Shown here one piece after another: positions 12,482 to 27,607 of a stretch of DNA of 64,000 nt (positions are counted from its first letter, which is position 1; each line of letters opens with the position of its first letter). The notes beneath the pieces are model-generated. The model was not told the DNA's origin and ran no database searches. It worked only from the letters and a program-made list of their open reading frames with translations. Made by a program: the position numbers and the translations under genes. The DNA lies in the NCBI RefSeq assembly GCF_006345805.1, contig NC_043023.1, positions 13,206,001-13,270,000 on the forward strand, given 5' to 3'. The DNA is from Octopus sinensis (Eukaryota).

Positions 12482-14308
12482 ATATAGGGCGTAACAAATA
12501 TCAGAAAATCAAAAAAAAAATGTGTGTAATAGGTGTAAAACAACTTCCTATGAACGAATATGAAAAAAAAAATTCGCGCACGCGAAAGGGGGGTGGGGGA
12601 GAGGCCTCGGAAAATTCACATCGGGAAGTTCCGAAAGCGTCTGAGGAGCTGACCCGGGCACCAAAACAAAAAAAAAATAGTGTAATATGTGTAAAACAAC
12701 TTGCTCTAAACGAATATGACAAAAAAAAATGCGCTCTCGCGAAAGAGGGGGGGGGAGAGGCCTCGGAATATTTATATCGGGAATTTCCGAAAGCGTCTGA
12801 ACCGGGCACAAAAACAAAAACAGCGTAATAGGTGTAAAACAACTTGCTCTAAACGACTATCATGAAAAAAAATGCGCGCTCGCGAAAGGGGGGTGGGGGA
12901 GAGGCTTCGGAAATTTCACATCTTCAGTCCACGGCCTTTAAACTAAGAAAAAATAGTGTAATTGGTGTAAAACTACTTGTTCTAAACGAGTATCAAGAAC
13001 ACACACTCACACATGAATCATAAACTCCGTATTTCGCAAAAAAAAAAAATAAAGAGAAGAAATTCTGGAAAAAGTGAAGAAATGTTGGATCTCCGCCATG
13101 TGAATCAAATACGTGTCAGAAACATCTTGAAATACTACAGAAATTATGTTACGAAAATGATAATGTATACATACCTCTTTGAGTGGTCCATCGATAATGA
13201 TGATAAAGAAATGAGTTGGATTTGAACTCAGAGTATTGACTAACACAACTACATACTACAAGACTCAAAATATTCAGCCAAGTCACCACCCTTTAACTAG
13301 CAATAATAATAACATCAATAACATAACAGCCAAAAGATTTATTTGTTCTGAAAATAACAATCATAGTAAATAATTATGTTCTTTAATATTCACATTCATG
13401 TGCACAGTTAAACACTTACATACAAACAGTCACGCATGCATAATACAAAACGGAACACATAAATGAAGGATGCATTACTTAGTATATATTACATCTAGAG
13501 AATTTTGATTAAGTCAAATATGCAAATTATAAAGATAATTAATTGCTTTACTAAACAGTGTTGTAAAGGTGAAAAATAAATTTGGGAAAAAAATACACGC
13601 CAAAACTAATTAATAAAGGATAATTAGGGAAGGATTGACACAAAATAATATTTTTTCTGTCTCTTTTTTTCTGATAAATGCATCTTAATAAGTGAGAAGA
13701 ATTGCATATATCTGAACTATTTCAAAGAAAAGCATAAATTTAATGTTTAAAATAGCTTTAACCAAGGAATGAGATCCAACATTTCTTCACTTTTTCCAGA
13801 ATTTCTTCTCTTTATTTTTTTTTTTGCGAAATACGGAGTTTATGATTCATGTGTGAGTGTGTGTTCTTGATACTCGTTTAGAACAAGTAGTTTTACACCA
13901 ATTACACTATTTTTTCTTAGTTTAAAGGCCGTGGACTGAAGATGTGAAATTTCCGAAGCCTCTCCCCCACCCCCTTTCGCGAGCGCGCATTTTCTTCATG
14001 ATAGTCGTTTAGAGCAAGTTGTTTTACACCTATTACGCTGTTTTTGTTTTTGTTTTTGTGCCCGGTTCAGACGCTTTCGGAAATTCCCGATATAAATATT
14101 CCGAGGCCTCTCCCCCACCCCTCTTTCGCGCGAGAGCGCATTTTTTTTTGTCATATTCGTTAGAGCAAGTTGTTTTACACATATTACACTATTTTTTTTG
14201 TTTTGGTGCCCGGGTCAGCTCCTCAGACGCTTTCGGAACTTCCCGATGTGAATTTTCCGAGGCCTCTCCCCCACCCTCCTTTCGCGTGCGCGAATTTTTT
14301 TTTTCATA
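12482..14308. mobile_element. Foldback-like element with ~535-bp modular inverted arms inserted in the intronic minisatellite
   Basis: 12559-13093 is the near-identical reverse complement of 13771-14308; mirrored ORFs at 12501-12842(-) and 14019-14309(+); arms contain internal subrepeats. Confidence 0.8.
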
Positions 14309-14599
14309 GCTAAAAAAAGCAGCCAAATCCCGAACAATTCATAGTCGTCTCTCTTCAATAGATAGAAATAGCAGTCAAATCCCGCACAAATCAAAAACAT
14401 TTTTCTTTCATAGCTAGAAATATCAACTAAACATCGTACAAATCATAGAATCTCTCTCCCACGGATAAAAATAGCAGCCAAATCCCGCTCAAATCAAGGA
14501 CATCTCTCATTCAAAAAACAGAAAAGACACAAAGAATTGAGTCGCCAAAAACCGAAAGTCTCCAGAATTAAAAAACATTGAATCTTTTCATTGTTTAAT

Positions 14600-14790
14600 A
14601 CTTACGCAAATGTTTCATAAAGGACAGTGGTGTTGTTTATATATGTGTGTATATGGCAGTTGAGAAATGCATTATAAGTACGTATTTTAAGTATTATAAA
14701 CGTATTATTATTATCAGCTGATTAAAAGAAATTCGGTCAACGGAACATTGACCCGGAAGTCAACATCAACCACGTTCAATGCGCATGCGC
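14600..14790 (-). promoter_or_regulatory. Putative promoter / exon 1 cassette, copy 2 (ZNF2)
   Basis: CCGGAAGT 14753-14760, TGCGCATGCGC 14780-14790, donor GTAAGT at 14600-14605 (minus). Confidence 0.65.
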
Positions 14791-15009
14791 CTTTCGTCTC
14801 ATGAAATAAGACATCGAAGACTAATTATCTCCCTTTAACAAGCAGTATAATGCTGTTGGTTTTAGGTTCGATCCACAGCAACAATTAATCCATTCATTGT
14901 GGGCTCCGTTTTATTTTTCCCTTTAAGTGTTGTTAAGTTTTCTTTACGCCAGCCTCTTATAGCATAGAGTGAGATGGTTTCCTGTCGAAATTCCTTCTAT
15001 ATATGATAG

Positions 15010-15300
15010 AAGGCGCACGGCACAGTGGTTGGAGCATCGAGCTTACGATCGTGAGGTTGTGAGCTCGAATCCCGGACCTGCGTTTTGCATTGCTCCAGTT
15101 CACTCAGCTGCAGAAATGAGTTGCGACGTCACAGGTGCCAAGCTGTATCGGCCCCTTTGTCTTAACCCCTGGATAACACTGGTATGCATGGGTGATTGCT
15201 GGTCTTCCATAAACAGCAATGTCCAGACTTGTGTCTGGGAGGGTAACTTTCTAGGTGCAAGCCCATGGTCAGTCATGATCGAAGGGGGTCTCAAAAATAT
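15010..15300 (+). mobile_element. tRNA-derived SINE (family C)
   Basis: agtggttggagc..gagctcgaatccc head, cactcagctg central motif; inverted partial copy at about 16168-16400. Confidence 0.75.
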
Positions 15301-15408
15301 AAATCTCAAATATGAAATAGAAAATCATCAGTCAATGACTTTATTCAAACACAAAAACAAATATAATAGTTGTTGATAACAGCTTTCCAGCCCTATATTT
15401 AACATCGC

Positions 15409-15961
15409 GGATCTTTTCGGTTTGACCGGCAGTTTTTTAAAATAATTTCCACGTAACTAAACACTTTTAAACTTCGTATACTGGTAGAATGTGTTTATAA
15501 AACATCGTTTTTCTCTTGGCTTTATTGAGAAAATTCTATAGTTGTAAGATATTTGTTGTTTCTTTTCGGCAATTTCAACCATTCAATGACGTCTATTGAA
15601 GTAAAAATCATTCTGTACCGTATGAATATGTCCCTCGTTTAAGAAACAGATTGCGTTTACATACATTTCTAAAGAAAAAAGCGATGGAAGAAAGACGTCC
15701 TTGATTTGTGCGGGATTTGCCTGCTATTTCTAGCAAAGGAAAAGAGATTCTATGATTTGTGCGATATTTGGTTGATATTTCTGGCTGTGAAAGAGAAATG
15801 CTTTTGATTTGTGCGGTATTTGACTGCTATTTCTAACTATGGAAGAGAGATGACTATGAAAAAAGATTGAAATGCAATAGATCGATACTAGGGTCATAAT
15901 TATGGGTGACGATTTCATATGACATCGCTAGAAAAAGCTGCCGTTCATACGAAAAAGATCC
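15409..15961. mobile_element. Merlin-type MITE with 8-bp TSD
   Basis: GGATCTTTT..AAAAGATCC termini flanked by aacatcgc at 15401-15408 and 15962-15969. Confidence 0.8.
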
Positions 15962-17068
15962 AACATCGCTCTATCTATATTCTTCTATTTGTTTCAGTCA
16001 CTTGACTGTTGCCATGCTGGAGCACCATCTTAAGATAACTTTTCTCCGTCATAGTTATAATACAAATAATTTCTTTCGGATTTTGAATTTATTTTGTGTG
16101 TGGCATATATGGATGTTTGCCCCTATGAGATTCTTTATAACACTTATGATATTAACACTATGCTGAGCTGAGACCCCCTTCAGTCATGACAGACCATGGG
16201 ACCACCTAGAAAATTACTCTCCCAGGCAAAAGTCTGGGCAAGTTTTTTTATGGAAGACCAGCAGCCGCCCATGCATACCGGCCTCCCCTCTCCACACCAC
16301 CAGTGTTATCCGAGGGAAAGGCAAAGGGGCCGATATAGCTTGGCCCCTGTGACGCTGTAACTCACTTCTACAGATGAGTAAACAAGAGCAACGTGAAATA
16401 AATTTATATGATGCCTTCAAGAAACAAATATTTTACACATTGTGTCACCAGATTTTTTAGTTGATCAAGAGTCTGGTAGGGTTCCCCAAGTTATGAAGTT
16501 AGGGTTCACAAAAACAGTGTGGGGTTCATAATAAGAATCTCTTCCAAATTGTTCATTCTCAAGCTTATGAAAATAATCTTAATCTGGACCTTTGAAAACT
16601 TGTTTCTGAAAAGTGTAATTTGAAGAAAGCATTATTCAGAAATTAACAAGGAATCCATCTGGTGTGGGGCACTAAACTATACGTATGCCTCATATTCTTC
16701 CTTTCTGGTCTCTCCTGCTTTTATAGCTCTGGAAACTTCCCTGATCAACCATTATGTCACCCTTCACCTGGCTGGCATATTTAATGAGTGAAGCATTTAA
16801 AATACAATAAACAATAAATATACTGTAATTACAAGATGCAATATTCAAGAAAGAATAATGTGTAGGGGTGTCAGGAGGAGGAGATTTTGTATAAGAGGTC
16901 CTTACACCATGGAAAAGAAACTGCATGAGTGGTCAAGGATGGAGTGGGAGGTGAATATAGCAAAAACAAAACAAACAACTGAAATTTTGGGAAATATTTT
17001 AATCATAATTTCCATTGCATAAAACACAGGAATATTAAGCAAATATAGCAAACAGGAAACTATAGAGA

Positions 17069-18580
17069 CTACCCTTTTCCTTTCACCCCTGTATGAGTAT
17101 GTTTGTGTCTTGCTAAGTGACTACTGTGAGAATATGATTTACCACAGATATCACAACGATATGGCTTATCTCCTGTATGGATATGTTTGTGTTGTGTTAA
17201 TGAACTGCCATTCAAGAATGATTTACCACAAATATCACAGTGATATGACTTCACCCCAGAATGAATACGTTTGTGTTGTGCTAGTGTACTATTTTGAGAG
17301 AATGATTTACCACAAGTATCACAGTGATAGGGCCTCTCCCCTGTATGATGAAAACGTTTGTGTTGTGTTAGTGAACTACTTCCTGAGAATGAATTACCAC
17401 AAATATCACAACGATAGGGTTTCTCTCCTGTGTGAATACGTTTGTGTGCAGTTAAGGAACTGTTTTGAGAGAATAATTTACCACAGATATGACAACGATA
17501 TGGCTTCTCTCCCGTATGAATACGTTTGTGTCTTGTAAAGTTACTCTTATCAGAGAATGATTTACCACAGATATCACAACGATATGGCTTCTCGCCTGTA
17601 TGAAAACGTTTGTGTTGTGTGATCGAACTGCCATCTAAGAATATATTACCAGAAATATCGCAATGATAGGGTTTCTTTGCTGTGTGAATACGTTTGTGTG
17701 TTGTTAAGTGAATATTCTGAGTGAATGATTTACCACAGATATCACAACGATATGGCTTCTCTCCTGTGTGAATATGTTTATGTACAGTTAAGGCACTTTT
17801 ATCAGAGAATGATTTACCACAGATATCACATCGATATGGCTTCTCTCCTGTATGAATACGTTTGTGTTGTGTTAGTGAACTACTTACAGAGAATGTATTA
17901 CCACAGATATCACAATGATAGGGTTTCTCTCCTGTGTGAATACGTTTGTGTATTGTTAAGTGAATATTCTGAATGAATGATTTACCGCAGATATCACAAC
18001 GATATGGCTTCTCTCCTGTGTGAATATGTTTATGTGCAGTTAAGGCACTATTGTCAGAGAATGAATTACCACAGATATCACAACGATATGGCTTCTCTCC
18101 TGTATGAATACGTTTGTGTGTTGTTAAGGTATTATTGTAAGAGAATGATTTACCACAGATATCACAACGATACAGCTTCTCCCCAGTATGAATACGTTTG
18201 TGAAGTGTTACTGAACTATTTTGAGTGAATGATTTACCACAGATATCACAACGATATGGCTTCTCTCCTGTATGAATACGTTTGTGTTGTGCTAGTGTAC
18301 TCTTTTGAGAGAATGATTTACCACAGATCTCACAGTAATTTGGCTTCTCTCCTGTATGAATACGTTGGTGTCTCTTTAAAGCATAATTTTGAGAGAATGA
18401 TTTACCACAGATATCACAGTGCAATGGTTTCTCTCCTGCATGAATACATTTGTGGGAAATTAGGTTACCTTTGAGAGAGAAAACCTTTTTACAGATGTCA
18501 CAGTCATAAGACAAATTTTTCTTTTCTTTTATCATTTGTTCAGAGGTAATCAATTCTTGAAGTTTCTCACTCTTTTCCAT
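17069..18580 (-). CDS. ZNF3: C2H2 zinc-finger protein, 17 fingers (finger 11 degenerate), subfamily II, intact
   Basis: 503-aa ORF with the same N- and C-termini as ZNF2; acceptor with exon start at 18934. Confidence 0.93.
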   Translation of the reverse strand: MEKSEKLQELITSEQMIKEKKNLSYDCDICKKVFSLKGNLISHKCIHAGEKPLHCDICGKSFSQNYALKRHQRIHTGEKPNYCEICGKSFSQKSTLAQHKRIHTGEKPYRCDICGKSFTQNSSVTLHKRIHTGEKLYRCDICGKSFSYNNTLTTHKRIHTGEKPYRCDICGNSFSDNSALTAHKHIHTGEKPYRCDICGKSFIQNIHLTIHKRIHTGEKPYHCDICGNTFSVSSSLTQHKRIHTGEKPYRCDICGKSFSDKSALTVHKHIHTGEKPYRCDICGKSFTQNIHLTTHKRIHTAKKPYHCDISGNIFLDGSSITQHKRFHTGEKPYRCDICGKSFSDKSNFTRHKRIHTGEKPYRCHICGKLFSQNSSLTAHKRIHTGEKPYRCDICGNSFSGSSSLTQHKRFHHTGERPYHCDTCGKSFSQNSTLAQHKRIHSGVKSYHCDICGKSFLNGSSLTQHKHIHTGDKPYRCDICGKSYSHSSHLARHKHTHTGVKGKG

Positions 18581-19493
18581 TCTTTTCCACTCAAATCCCA
18601 GTTCAAATATTTTTCCTATTTTATTCTTATACTTAATTCCTTACAAATACTCCTGCTCCTGTATTTCTGTCCACTGTTACCTTTCTCTAGCAGCAATTAC
18701 ATAAATTTATCCAAGTTTCACCAGCACAGAAGCCCCTCTTCTTGATACTCCAGTCAGTGTTGTTCCGAGTCATGGCTAATAGTATTATTTCAGAGCAAAT
18801 GTTTCACAGGAATTCTACAACAGATTTCTACAAACAATGTTATACATCTGTTCTGCATAATATTTTGCTTTAGTCTTTAAAAAATGGTAAATATTGAGGA
18901 TGTTTCTTCTGTTACGTCAGTGTCAGTTGATGTTCTGAAATTATAGAGAAACAACAGTGAAAGCTTTAGAGGCTATGTCAAAAATACAGATTCGTTTCTG
19001 TTGAGATGAATTATAGAAATAAACATTCAACAACTGAATATTTTAATTTATTAAAATTTACATAAGAAAATCTTGTGTAAAGCGGACATATCCATACAGT
19101 TTACATACACACCCAAACATCTATATATACATCTGGTAGAATGTGTTTATAAAACATCGTTTTTCTCTTGGCTTTATTGAGAAAATTCTATAGTTGTAAG
19201 ATATTTCAACCAATCACTGACGTCTATTGAAGTAAAAATCATTCTGTACCGTATGAATATGTCCCTCGTTTATGAAAATCTTGTGTAAAGCGTACATATC
19301 CATACAGTTTACATACACACACAAACATCTATATATACATCTGTGTGTGTATAAGTTTATGTCTGTGTATGAGTGTGAATCCGTGTGTTGTGCGCGCAGA
19401 TCTGTTTCTGCCTATGTCTCTTAAATAATGCCACTTTTATTTTTCAAAATTAAAATTAACAAATTTCTTTTTCAATCTAAAATATACTCTCCT

Positions 19494-19769
19494 TCATTTT
19501 CTACAATGCTCTTCCATATATGCACCAAACGTGCAGAGCACTCTTCCAAAATTCACTTGTCCGTGATGAAAAATACTCCTCCAGTATTGTTCTCTCAGAT
19601 GTCGATGAATGGTTGAATGGCCAAATCCAAGCATCTCTGACAGTTCTTCAACAGTCAGGATGGGATTTTGTTCCACCAGAATTTGTACATTGTCCTCATT
19701 GAGCTCTACAGATCTTCCAGGAAAAGGCTCGTCTTCTAGCCTGTAGTTTCTGGCTTGGAATTTCTGCAA
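19494..19769 (-). mobile_element. mariner relic in the ZNF3 intron (segmental duplicate of 11409-11660)
   Basis: Near-identical translation and flanks. Confidence 0.75.
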
Positions 19770-20639
19770 CCACTGCTCACACTGGCTTATGCTTAATGTC
19801 CAATCTCCATAGACTGAATTAACCCTTTCGTTACTGTATTTATTTTGAGATGCTCTGTGTTTCTTTCAATTACTGCTTCCCATTTGCTTGGCAGACAGTC
19901 AGACCACCGTTTAAAGATGTTTTTGTTAAATAATTATGCACCAACCCAATAATCATAATCTAAATGGTTTCAAAGGTATTCTCCTCAAAGTTATAAAGGG
20001 GCAGATGTCGGGTCGTGTGAATTTACCAAAACTCCTCGGAAGAATTTTCTTCAACAAATCTTTAGGTACACCCAACCTACAGGATCCAAGAGATTATTTG
20101 TTGAAAGTTTTAGTAAAAAGTATCTATTTTCTGGAAGTTATGAGACAATAAATTCGGGGTGGGGGTACCCAGCTATCCATGATTTTGGAACGTTGTTCCT
20201 CACCCCTTTAGAACACAGATCGCCATTGCAATTCTTTTCTCCACTTTGTCTTTTCAGTACAAAATGAAACATGTAATTCTTCCTTTTCCGAATTTGGCAA
20301 CGATGGAAAGAGTAGAAGGTAGCTTCCACAGATAGAAACAGACACCAAACCCACACAAATCAAAGATATATCTCTTCCATAGCTAGAAATAGCAGCCAAA
20401 TCCCACACAAATCATAGTCATCGCTCTTCCAAAGCTAGAAATAGCAGTCAAATCCCACACAATTCATAGTCGTCACTCTTCCATAGCTAGAAATAGCAGT
20501 CAAATCCCGCACAAATCAAAAACATTTTTCCTTCACAGCTAGAAATATCAATCAAATATCGCACAAATCATAAAATCTCTCTTCCTTAGCTAGAAATAGC
20601 AGCCGAATCCCGCTCAAATCAAAGACATCTCTCATTCAT

Positions 20640-22594
20640 AAAACATACAAAAGACACGAAGAATTGAGGCGCCAAAAACCGAAAGTCTCCAGAATTAAAA
20701 AACATTGAATCTTTTCATTGTTTAATACTTACGCAAATGTTTCATAAAGGACAGTGGTGTTGTTTATATATGTGTGTGTATATGGCAGTTGAGAAATGCA
20801 TTATAAGTACGTATTTTAAGTATTATAAACGTATTATTATTATCAGCTGATTAAAAGAAATTCATTCGGAGTACGTTTGACCCGGAAGTCAACATCAAGT
20901 AGGAACCACGTTCAATGCGCATGCGTCTCTCGTCTCATGAAATAAGACATCAAAGACTAATTATCTCCCTTTAACAAACTGTATAATGCCGTCGGTTTGT
21001 AGGTTCGATCCACAGCTACAATTAATCCATTCATCGTGGGCCCCGTTTTTTGAAGTGTTGTTTATAGTTTAATAACCTTTCTTGACGCCAACCTCTTCCC
21101 TGCCTTTTATAGCATAGAGTGACATGCTTTCCTGTCGAAATTCCTTCTATGTATAACAGAAAATCACCAGTCAATGACTTTAGATTTATTCATACACAAA
21201 AACAAATATAATAGTTTGCAACAGCTGCATATTTGTTCTGCAGCTCTACACAAACTACCTCACTGGATATTCCAATTGTCATTCATCTCCCCGTTTTTCT
21301 CAAACTCTTTCATTAGTTCTTCTCCAACTGCTTTAACCCTTTCGTGACCAACCTGCCTGAAACTGCCTCTGGCTCTGTAATACAAATGTCTTGTTTCCAA
21401 AAGATTTGAATTAAAATCTTCCACAAAACCTTAGTCACAATATATGTTCCTAACACCAGCTTAATGATAACTAAATTCTTTGTTGTATTTAAAATTATTG
21501 AAAGAAACACAGAGCATCTCAATAGAAATATGCTAACAAAAGGGTTAAAATATATAATATTCTTAACCTTTTTGATACCAGCTTGGCTGAAATTGCCTCG
21601 GATCCGTAGAACAAACGTCTTGTTTTCAAAAGATCTGAATTAAAATCTTCCACCAAATCTTAAGTGCAATTTGTTCCTTACTCTAGCTTAATGATGACTA
21701 CATTATTTTTAATAATTCTTTGTTATATTTAAAATTAATTGAAAGAAACACAAAGTATATCAAAAGAAATATGGTAATGAAAGGGTTACGAATCCCCAAA
21801 ATTCTAGGCTTCTATTTTTAGACAGGTTGAAATCTCTCAGACCTTCAAGCTCTAAGTCTCAAATCACCCACTGCCAACCTACGTTGTTAATTCCATTCTT
21901 TACCTGGGAAGAACTGGGCATTCACAGGTATCTGCCTGTTCTTCTTTCTAGTAAGAATGTAGCCAGTCTGGCTGGTGTGTCACCAGATTTTTAGTTGATC
22001 AAGAGATTGGTGGGTTACCCAAGTTATGAAGTTAGGGTTGACAAAAACAGGGTGGGGTTCATAATAAGAATCTCTTCGAAAATGTTCGTTCTCAAGCTTA
22101 TGAAAATAATTTTCATCTGAACTTTTGAAAACTTGTTTCTGAAAAGTGTAATTTGAAGAAACCATTATTCAGAAACTGACAAGGAATCCATCTAGTGTGG
22201 GGCACTAAACTATAGTTATGCCTCATATTCTTCCTTTCTGGTCTCTTCTGCTTTTATAGCTCTGGAAACTTTCCTGATCAACCATTATGTCACCCTTCAC
22301 CTGGCTGGCATATTTAATGAGTGAAGCATTTAAAATACAATAAACAATAAATAATTACAAGATGCAATATTGAAGAAAGAATAATGTGTAGGGGTGTCAG
22401 GAGGAGGAGATTTTGTATAAGAGGTCCTTACACCATGGAAAGAAAACTGCATGAGTGGTCAAGGATGGAGTGGGAGGTGGATATTGCAAAAACAAAACAA
22501 ACAACTGAAATTTTGGGAAATATTTTAATCATAATTTCCATTGCATAAAACACAGGAATATTAAACAAATATAGCAAACAGGAAACTACAGAGA

Positions 22595-22595
<1 letters not shown>
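20640..22595. repeat. Segmental duplicate of 6700-8670 (promoter + piggyBac MITEs + ZNF 3' flank)
   Basis: Collinear high identity, including the MITE at about 21337-21544. Confidence 0.85.
20727..20925 (-). promoter_or_regulatory. Putative promoter / exon 1 cassette, copy 3 (ZNF3)
   Basis: CCGGAAGT 20882-20889, TGCGCATGCG 20916-20925, donor at 20727-20732 (minus). Confidence 0.65.
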
Positions 22596-24132
<1,537 letters not shown>

Positions 24133-24922
24133 GTGTTCAGGGGAAAATCAATTCAATAATTTTCTCTCTCTTTCCTATTTCTTTTCCTCTCAAATCCCAG
24201 TTGATATATTTTTCTTGCTCTTGTTTTTATACTTTATTCCTTACACTTCTCTCCTCTGTTTCCTTCTACTGTTGTCTTTGTTTAGCAAAACATCCGTAAA
24301 TTTATCCAAGTTCCAGTGGCACATATGCTCCAGTTCTTGACACAATAGTCTGTGATGTTTAGAAATTTGACTAAAATATTATTTCAGAGCAAATGTTGCA
24401 CAAGAATTCTTCCTCAAATTTGTAGAAACGGTTTTCTATAATATTTTCCTTTAGTCTTTAAAACCTTGTAGATATTTAGGATTCTTCTTCTGTCATCTGA
24501 TGTTCTGAAATTATAGAGAAACAACGGCGTAAAATGTAGAGGCTACTTAAAAAATACAGATTCATTTCTGAGATAAACTGTAGGAACAAACATTTATTTT
24601 AACAAAAGTTGCATAAAAAAGTGCCAATTTCTGAAATCGATGGAAGATGTGGAAGGGGAACACCCAAGACGTCATGTTTGTTTGTTCTCGACCCACGCCT
24701 GGCTCTGTAATACAAAGACATTTTTCTTTCACAGCTAGAATTATCAACCAAATATCGTACAAATCATAGAATGTCTCTTTCGTTGCTAGAAATAGAAGCT
24801 AAATCCTGCACAAATCAAGGGCATCTCTCATTAACAAAACATAGAAAAGACACAAAGAATTCAGGCGCCAAAAACCGAAAGTCTCCAGATTTAAAAAACA
24901 TTGAATCTTTTCATTGTTTAAT

Positions 24923-25119
24923 ACTTACGCAAATGTTTCATAAAGGACAGTGGTGTTGTTTATATATGTGTGTATATGGCTGTTGAGAAATGCATTATAA
25001 GTACGTATTTTAAGTATTATAAACGTATTATTATTATCAGCTGATTAAAAGAAATTCATTCTGCGTACATTTGACCCGGAAGTCAACATCAAGAAGGAAC
25101 CACGTTCAATGCGCATGCG
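24923..25119 (-). promoter_or_regulatory. Putative promoter / exon 1 cassette, copy 4 (ZNF4)
   Basis: CCGGAAGT 25076-25083, TGCGCATGCG 25110-25119, donor 24923-24928; predicted intron only about 420 bp (acceptor exon start 24504). Confidence 0.6.
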
Positions 25120-25536
25120 TCTCTCGTCTCATGAAATAAGACATCAAAGACTAATTACCTCCCTTTAACAAACTGTATAATGCTTTTGGTTTGTAGGTTC
25201 GATCCACAGCAACAATTGATCCATTCATCGTGGGCCCCGTTTTATTAAAGAGTTGTTTTTAGTTTAATAACCTTTCTTGACGCCAACCTCTTCCTTCCTT
25301 CATCGAACGTGAATTATTGCTAATATTTACTTTCGTAACTAATTATTTAAATTGTTTCATCGAATAATAACTTCCTAATCTCTCTCTCTCTCTCAGCCTT
25401 ATTTTTTCTCCTTAATTCTTCATGTAATTCACAATTTGAAATCTCTGTAATAGCTTTAGTTGTGTGCTCCCCGTGGTCATAATTATCATCATCACCGTAC
25501 TTCTACTATCTCTGGATCCTCCCCAACAGGTGTACC

Positions 25537-25785
25537 CCTTTCCCTCAAGTGTTACAAATGTTGCCAACCTCCCTTCCCCCACACTAGCGGACCATGACTA
25601 CCCCCACCTGCTGCCTCAAGGTCCACCCCGATGCCTTATATCCTCAGAGACACCTCTAGTTCAGACCCCTTTCCCTCAAGTGTTACAAATGTTGCCAACC
25701 TCCCTTCCACCCACAATAGCGGACCATGACTACCCCCACCTGCTGCCTCAAGGTCCACCCCGATGCCTAATCTCCTCAGGGATAC
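25537..25785. repeat. Tandem duplication of a ~130-bp unit
   Basis: ccctttccctcaagtgttacaaatg.. present twice. Confidence 0.8.
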
Positions 25786-25787
25786 CT

Positions 25788-25999
25788 ATTTCTTTACTAC
25801 CCACAAGGGGCTAAACATAGAGGGGACAAACAAGGACAGATAAACGGATTAAGTCAATCATATCGACCCCAGTGCGTAACTGGTTCTTAATTTATCGACC
25901 CCGAAAGGATGAAAGGCTTAGTCGACCTTAGTGGAATTTGAGCTCAGAACGTAACAGTAGACAAAATACTGCTAAGCATTTCGCCCGGTGTGCTAACCA
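25788..25999 (-). mobile_element. Family B SINE with ~15-bp TSD
   Basis: tcctcag(g/a)gatacct on both sides. Confidence 0.75.
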
Positions 26000-26119
26000 T
26001 CCTCAGAGATACCTCTAGTTCAGTCCGACTTTTCCTCCTATATGTGATTAGCCATACAGCTCCTTCACAACAATCTGATCTGCTTCAAACCCTTCTCTCA
26101 TAGACTTAACCTTACTTAC

Positions 26120-26770
26120 CTTGTAGTGGCAACATATTCCCTCCCTGGGTTTGTTTACTTGTGAGCTACATTGTGCCCTCAGTTGTGCCAGTGACATGAG
26201 TAAAGAACACCACACCTGGAATTTCCATCACCGGTCTGGAACCACTATCTTGCCCAGGATATTAATCGTCTGGAAGCCGTTCAGCAACGTGCAGCCAAGA
26301 GAATACCCTCCATCAGGCATTTGCCATATTCTTAATGCCTTACATCCCTGGGCAAGGATACATTGAAACTCCAACGTCTGGCAGCTGATTTGGCAGACAC
26401 CCATAAAATTATTAACCATCTGACAAACAGTAACTCTGAGCACCTTTTCAAACACCACCTGACTAACACCCGTGGACATCTTTACAAAGTCAGAAAACAG
26501 CACAGCTCCTTCCATGACTTTCGGAAACATTTTTTCATGCAAAGAGTTGCTGAAGCATGGAACAAACTGCCGGCATCAGTTGTTAGTTGTCGGAGCACTG
26601 CATCCTTCAAAACTTCCTGAGGTTCGCCAACACTACACCTGATTTTCTCCCCTCCATACACACACAAGCATTTATCTGACTCATACATTGTTTGCTTTCC
26701 AGACTTTAGGCGCACTTTTTGACAAGTTGTGGTGCACCTGAGCACTGTATACAATAATTTCATTATTATT
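26120..26770 (+). mobile_element. CR1/L2-clade LINE 3' fragment
   Basis: HLEFPSPVWNHYLAQDINRLEAVQQRAAK..NTRGHLYKVRKQ..RKHFF..RVAEAWNKLP; (ATT)n tail. Confidence 0.8.
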
Positions 26771-26969
26771 ATTTTACAATACAGTGTGTAAAGTGGATAT
26801 CCTGCCATAGAAGACACTGAAGAACAATGCAGTCCTCAACACACTGGATCTTTGTTAAACCGTCTGACCCATGCCAGCATGGAACACAGACGTTAAATGA
26901 TGAAGAGATAAAATGTGTGTAATATCGATAGCAATATACTGAAAGATAAAGGGACAAATGAGAGTTAGG

Positions 26970-27345
26970 GCCAGAAATACTTCATATAAGAGATAGATCG
27001 AAATCGATCAAAATCAATGGAAATTGTAGCTGTAATACCAGTGCTGGTGGCATGTAAGAGAACCATCCGAACTTGGCCGTTGCCAGCGCTGCCCCGACTG
27101 GCCTCCGTGCTGGTGGCATGTAAAAAGCACAATTGGATCGTGGCCATTGCCAACCTCGCCTGGCCTCAGTTCTGGTGGCACATAAAAAGCACCCACTACA
27201 CTCTCGGAGTGGTTGGCGCTAGGAAGGGCATGCAGCTGTAGAGACACTGCCAGATCAGATTGGAGCCTGGTTCGCCAGACCTCAGTCAAACCGTCCAACC
27301 CATGCTAGCATGGAAAGCGGATGTTAAATGATGATGATGATGATG
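26970..27345 (+). mobile_element. (GAT)n-tailed retroposon
   Basis: Same family as 2419-2610. Confidence 0.75.
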
Positions 27346-27607
27346 ATTTAATGAGTGAAGCTTTTAAAATACAACAAACAATAAAATATGCTGTGATTAC
27401 AGGATGCGATATTCAAGAACGAATAATGTGTAGGGGTGGTCAGGGGAGGAGATTCGGTATAAGAGTTCCTTAGACCATGGCAAGGAAAGAACATGAGTGG
27501 TCAAGAAAGGAGGAGGAGGAGATGAATATTGCAAAAACAAAACAAAGAAAATCTGAAATTTTTGTAAATATTTTAGTCATAATTTACATTGCATGAAACA
27601 CAGGAAT

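Noticed and set aside
12520-12828. Lys-rich 102-aa ORF and its mirrored ORFs
   Set aside because: Derived from poly-A/G tracts in the foldback arms
15010-15085. tRNA gene
   Set aside because: tRNA-like head runs into a SINE body with an inverted family copy at 16.2-16.4 kb; no complete cloverleaf evident
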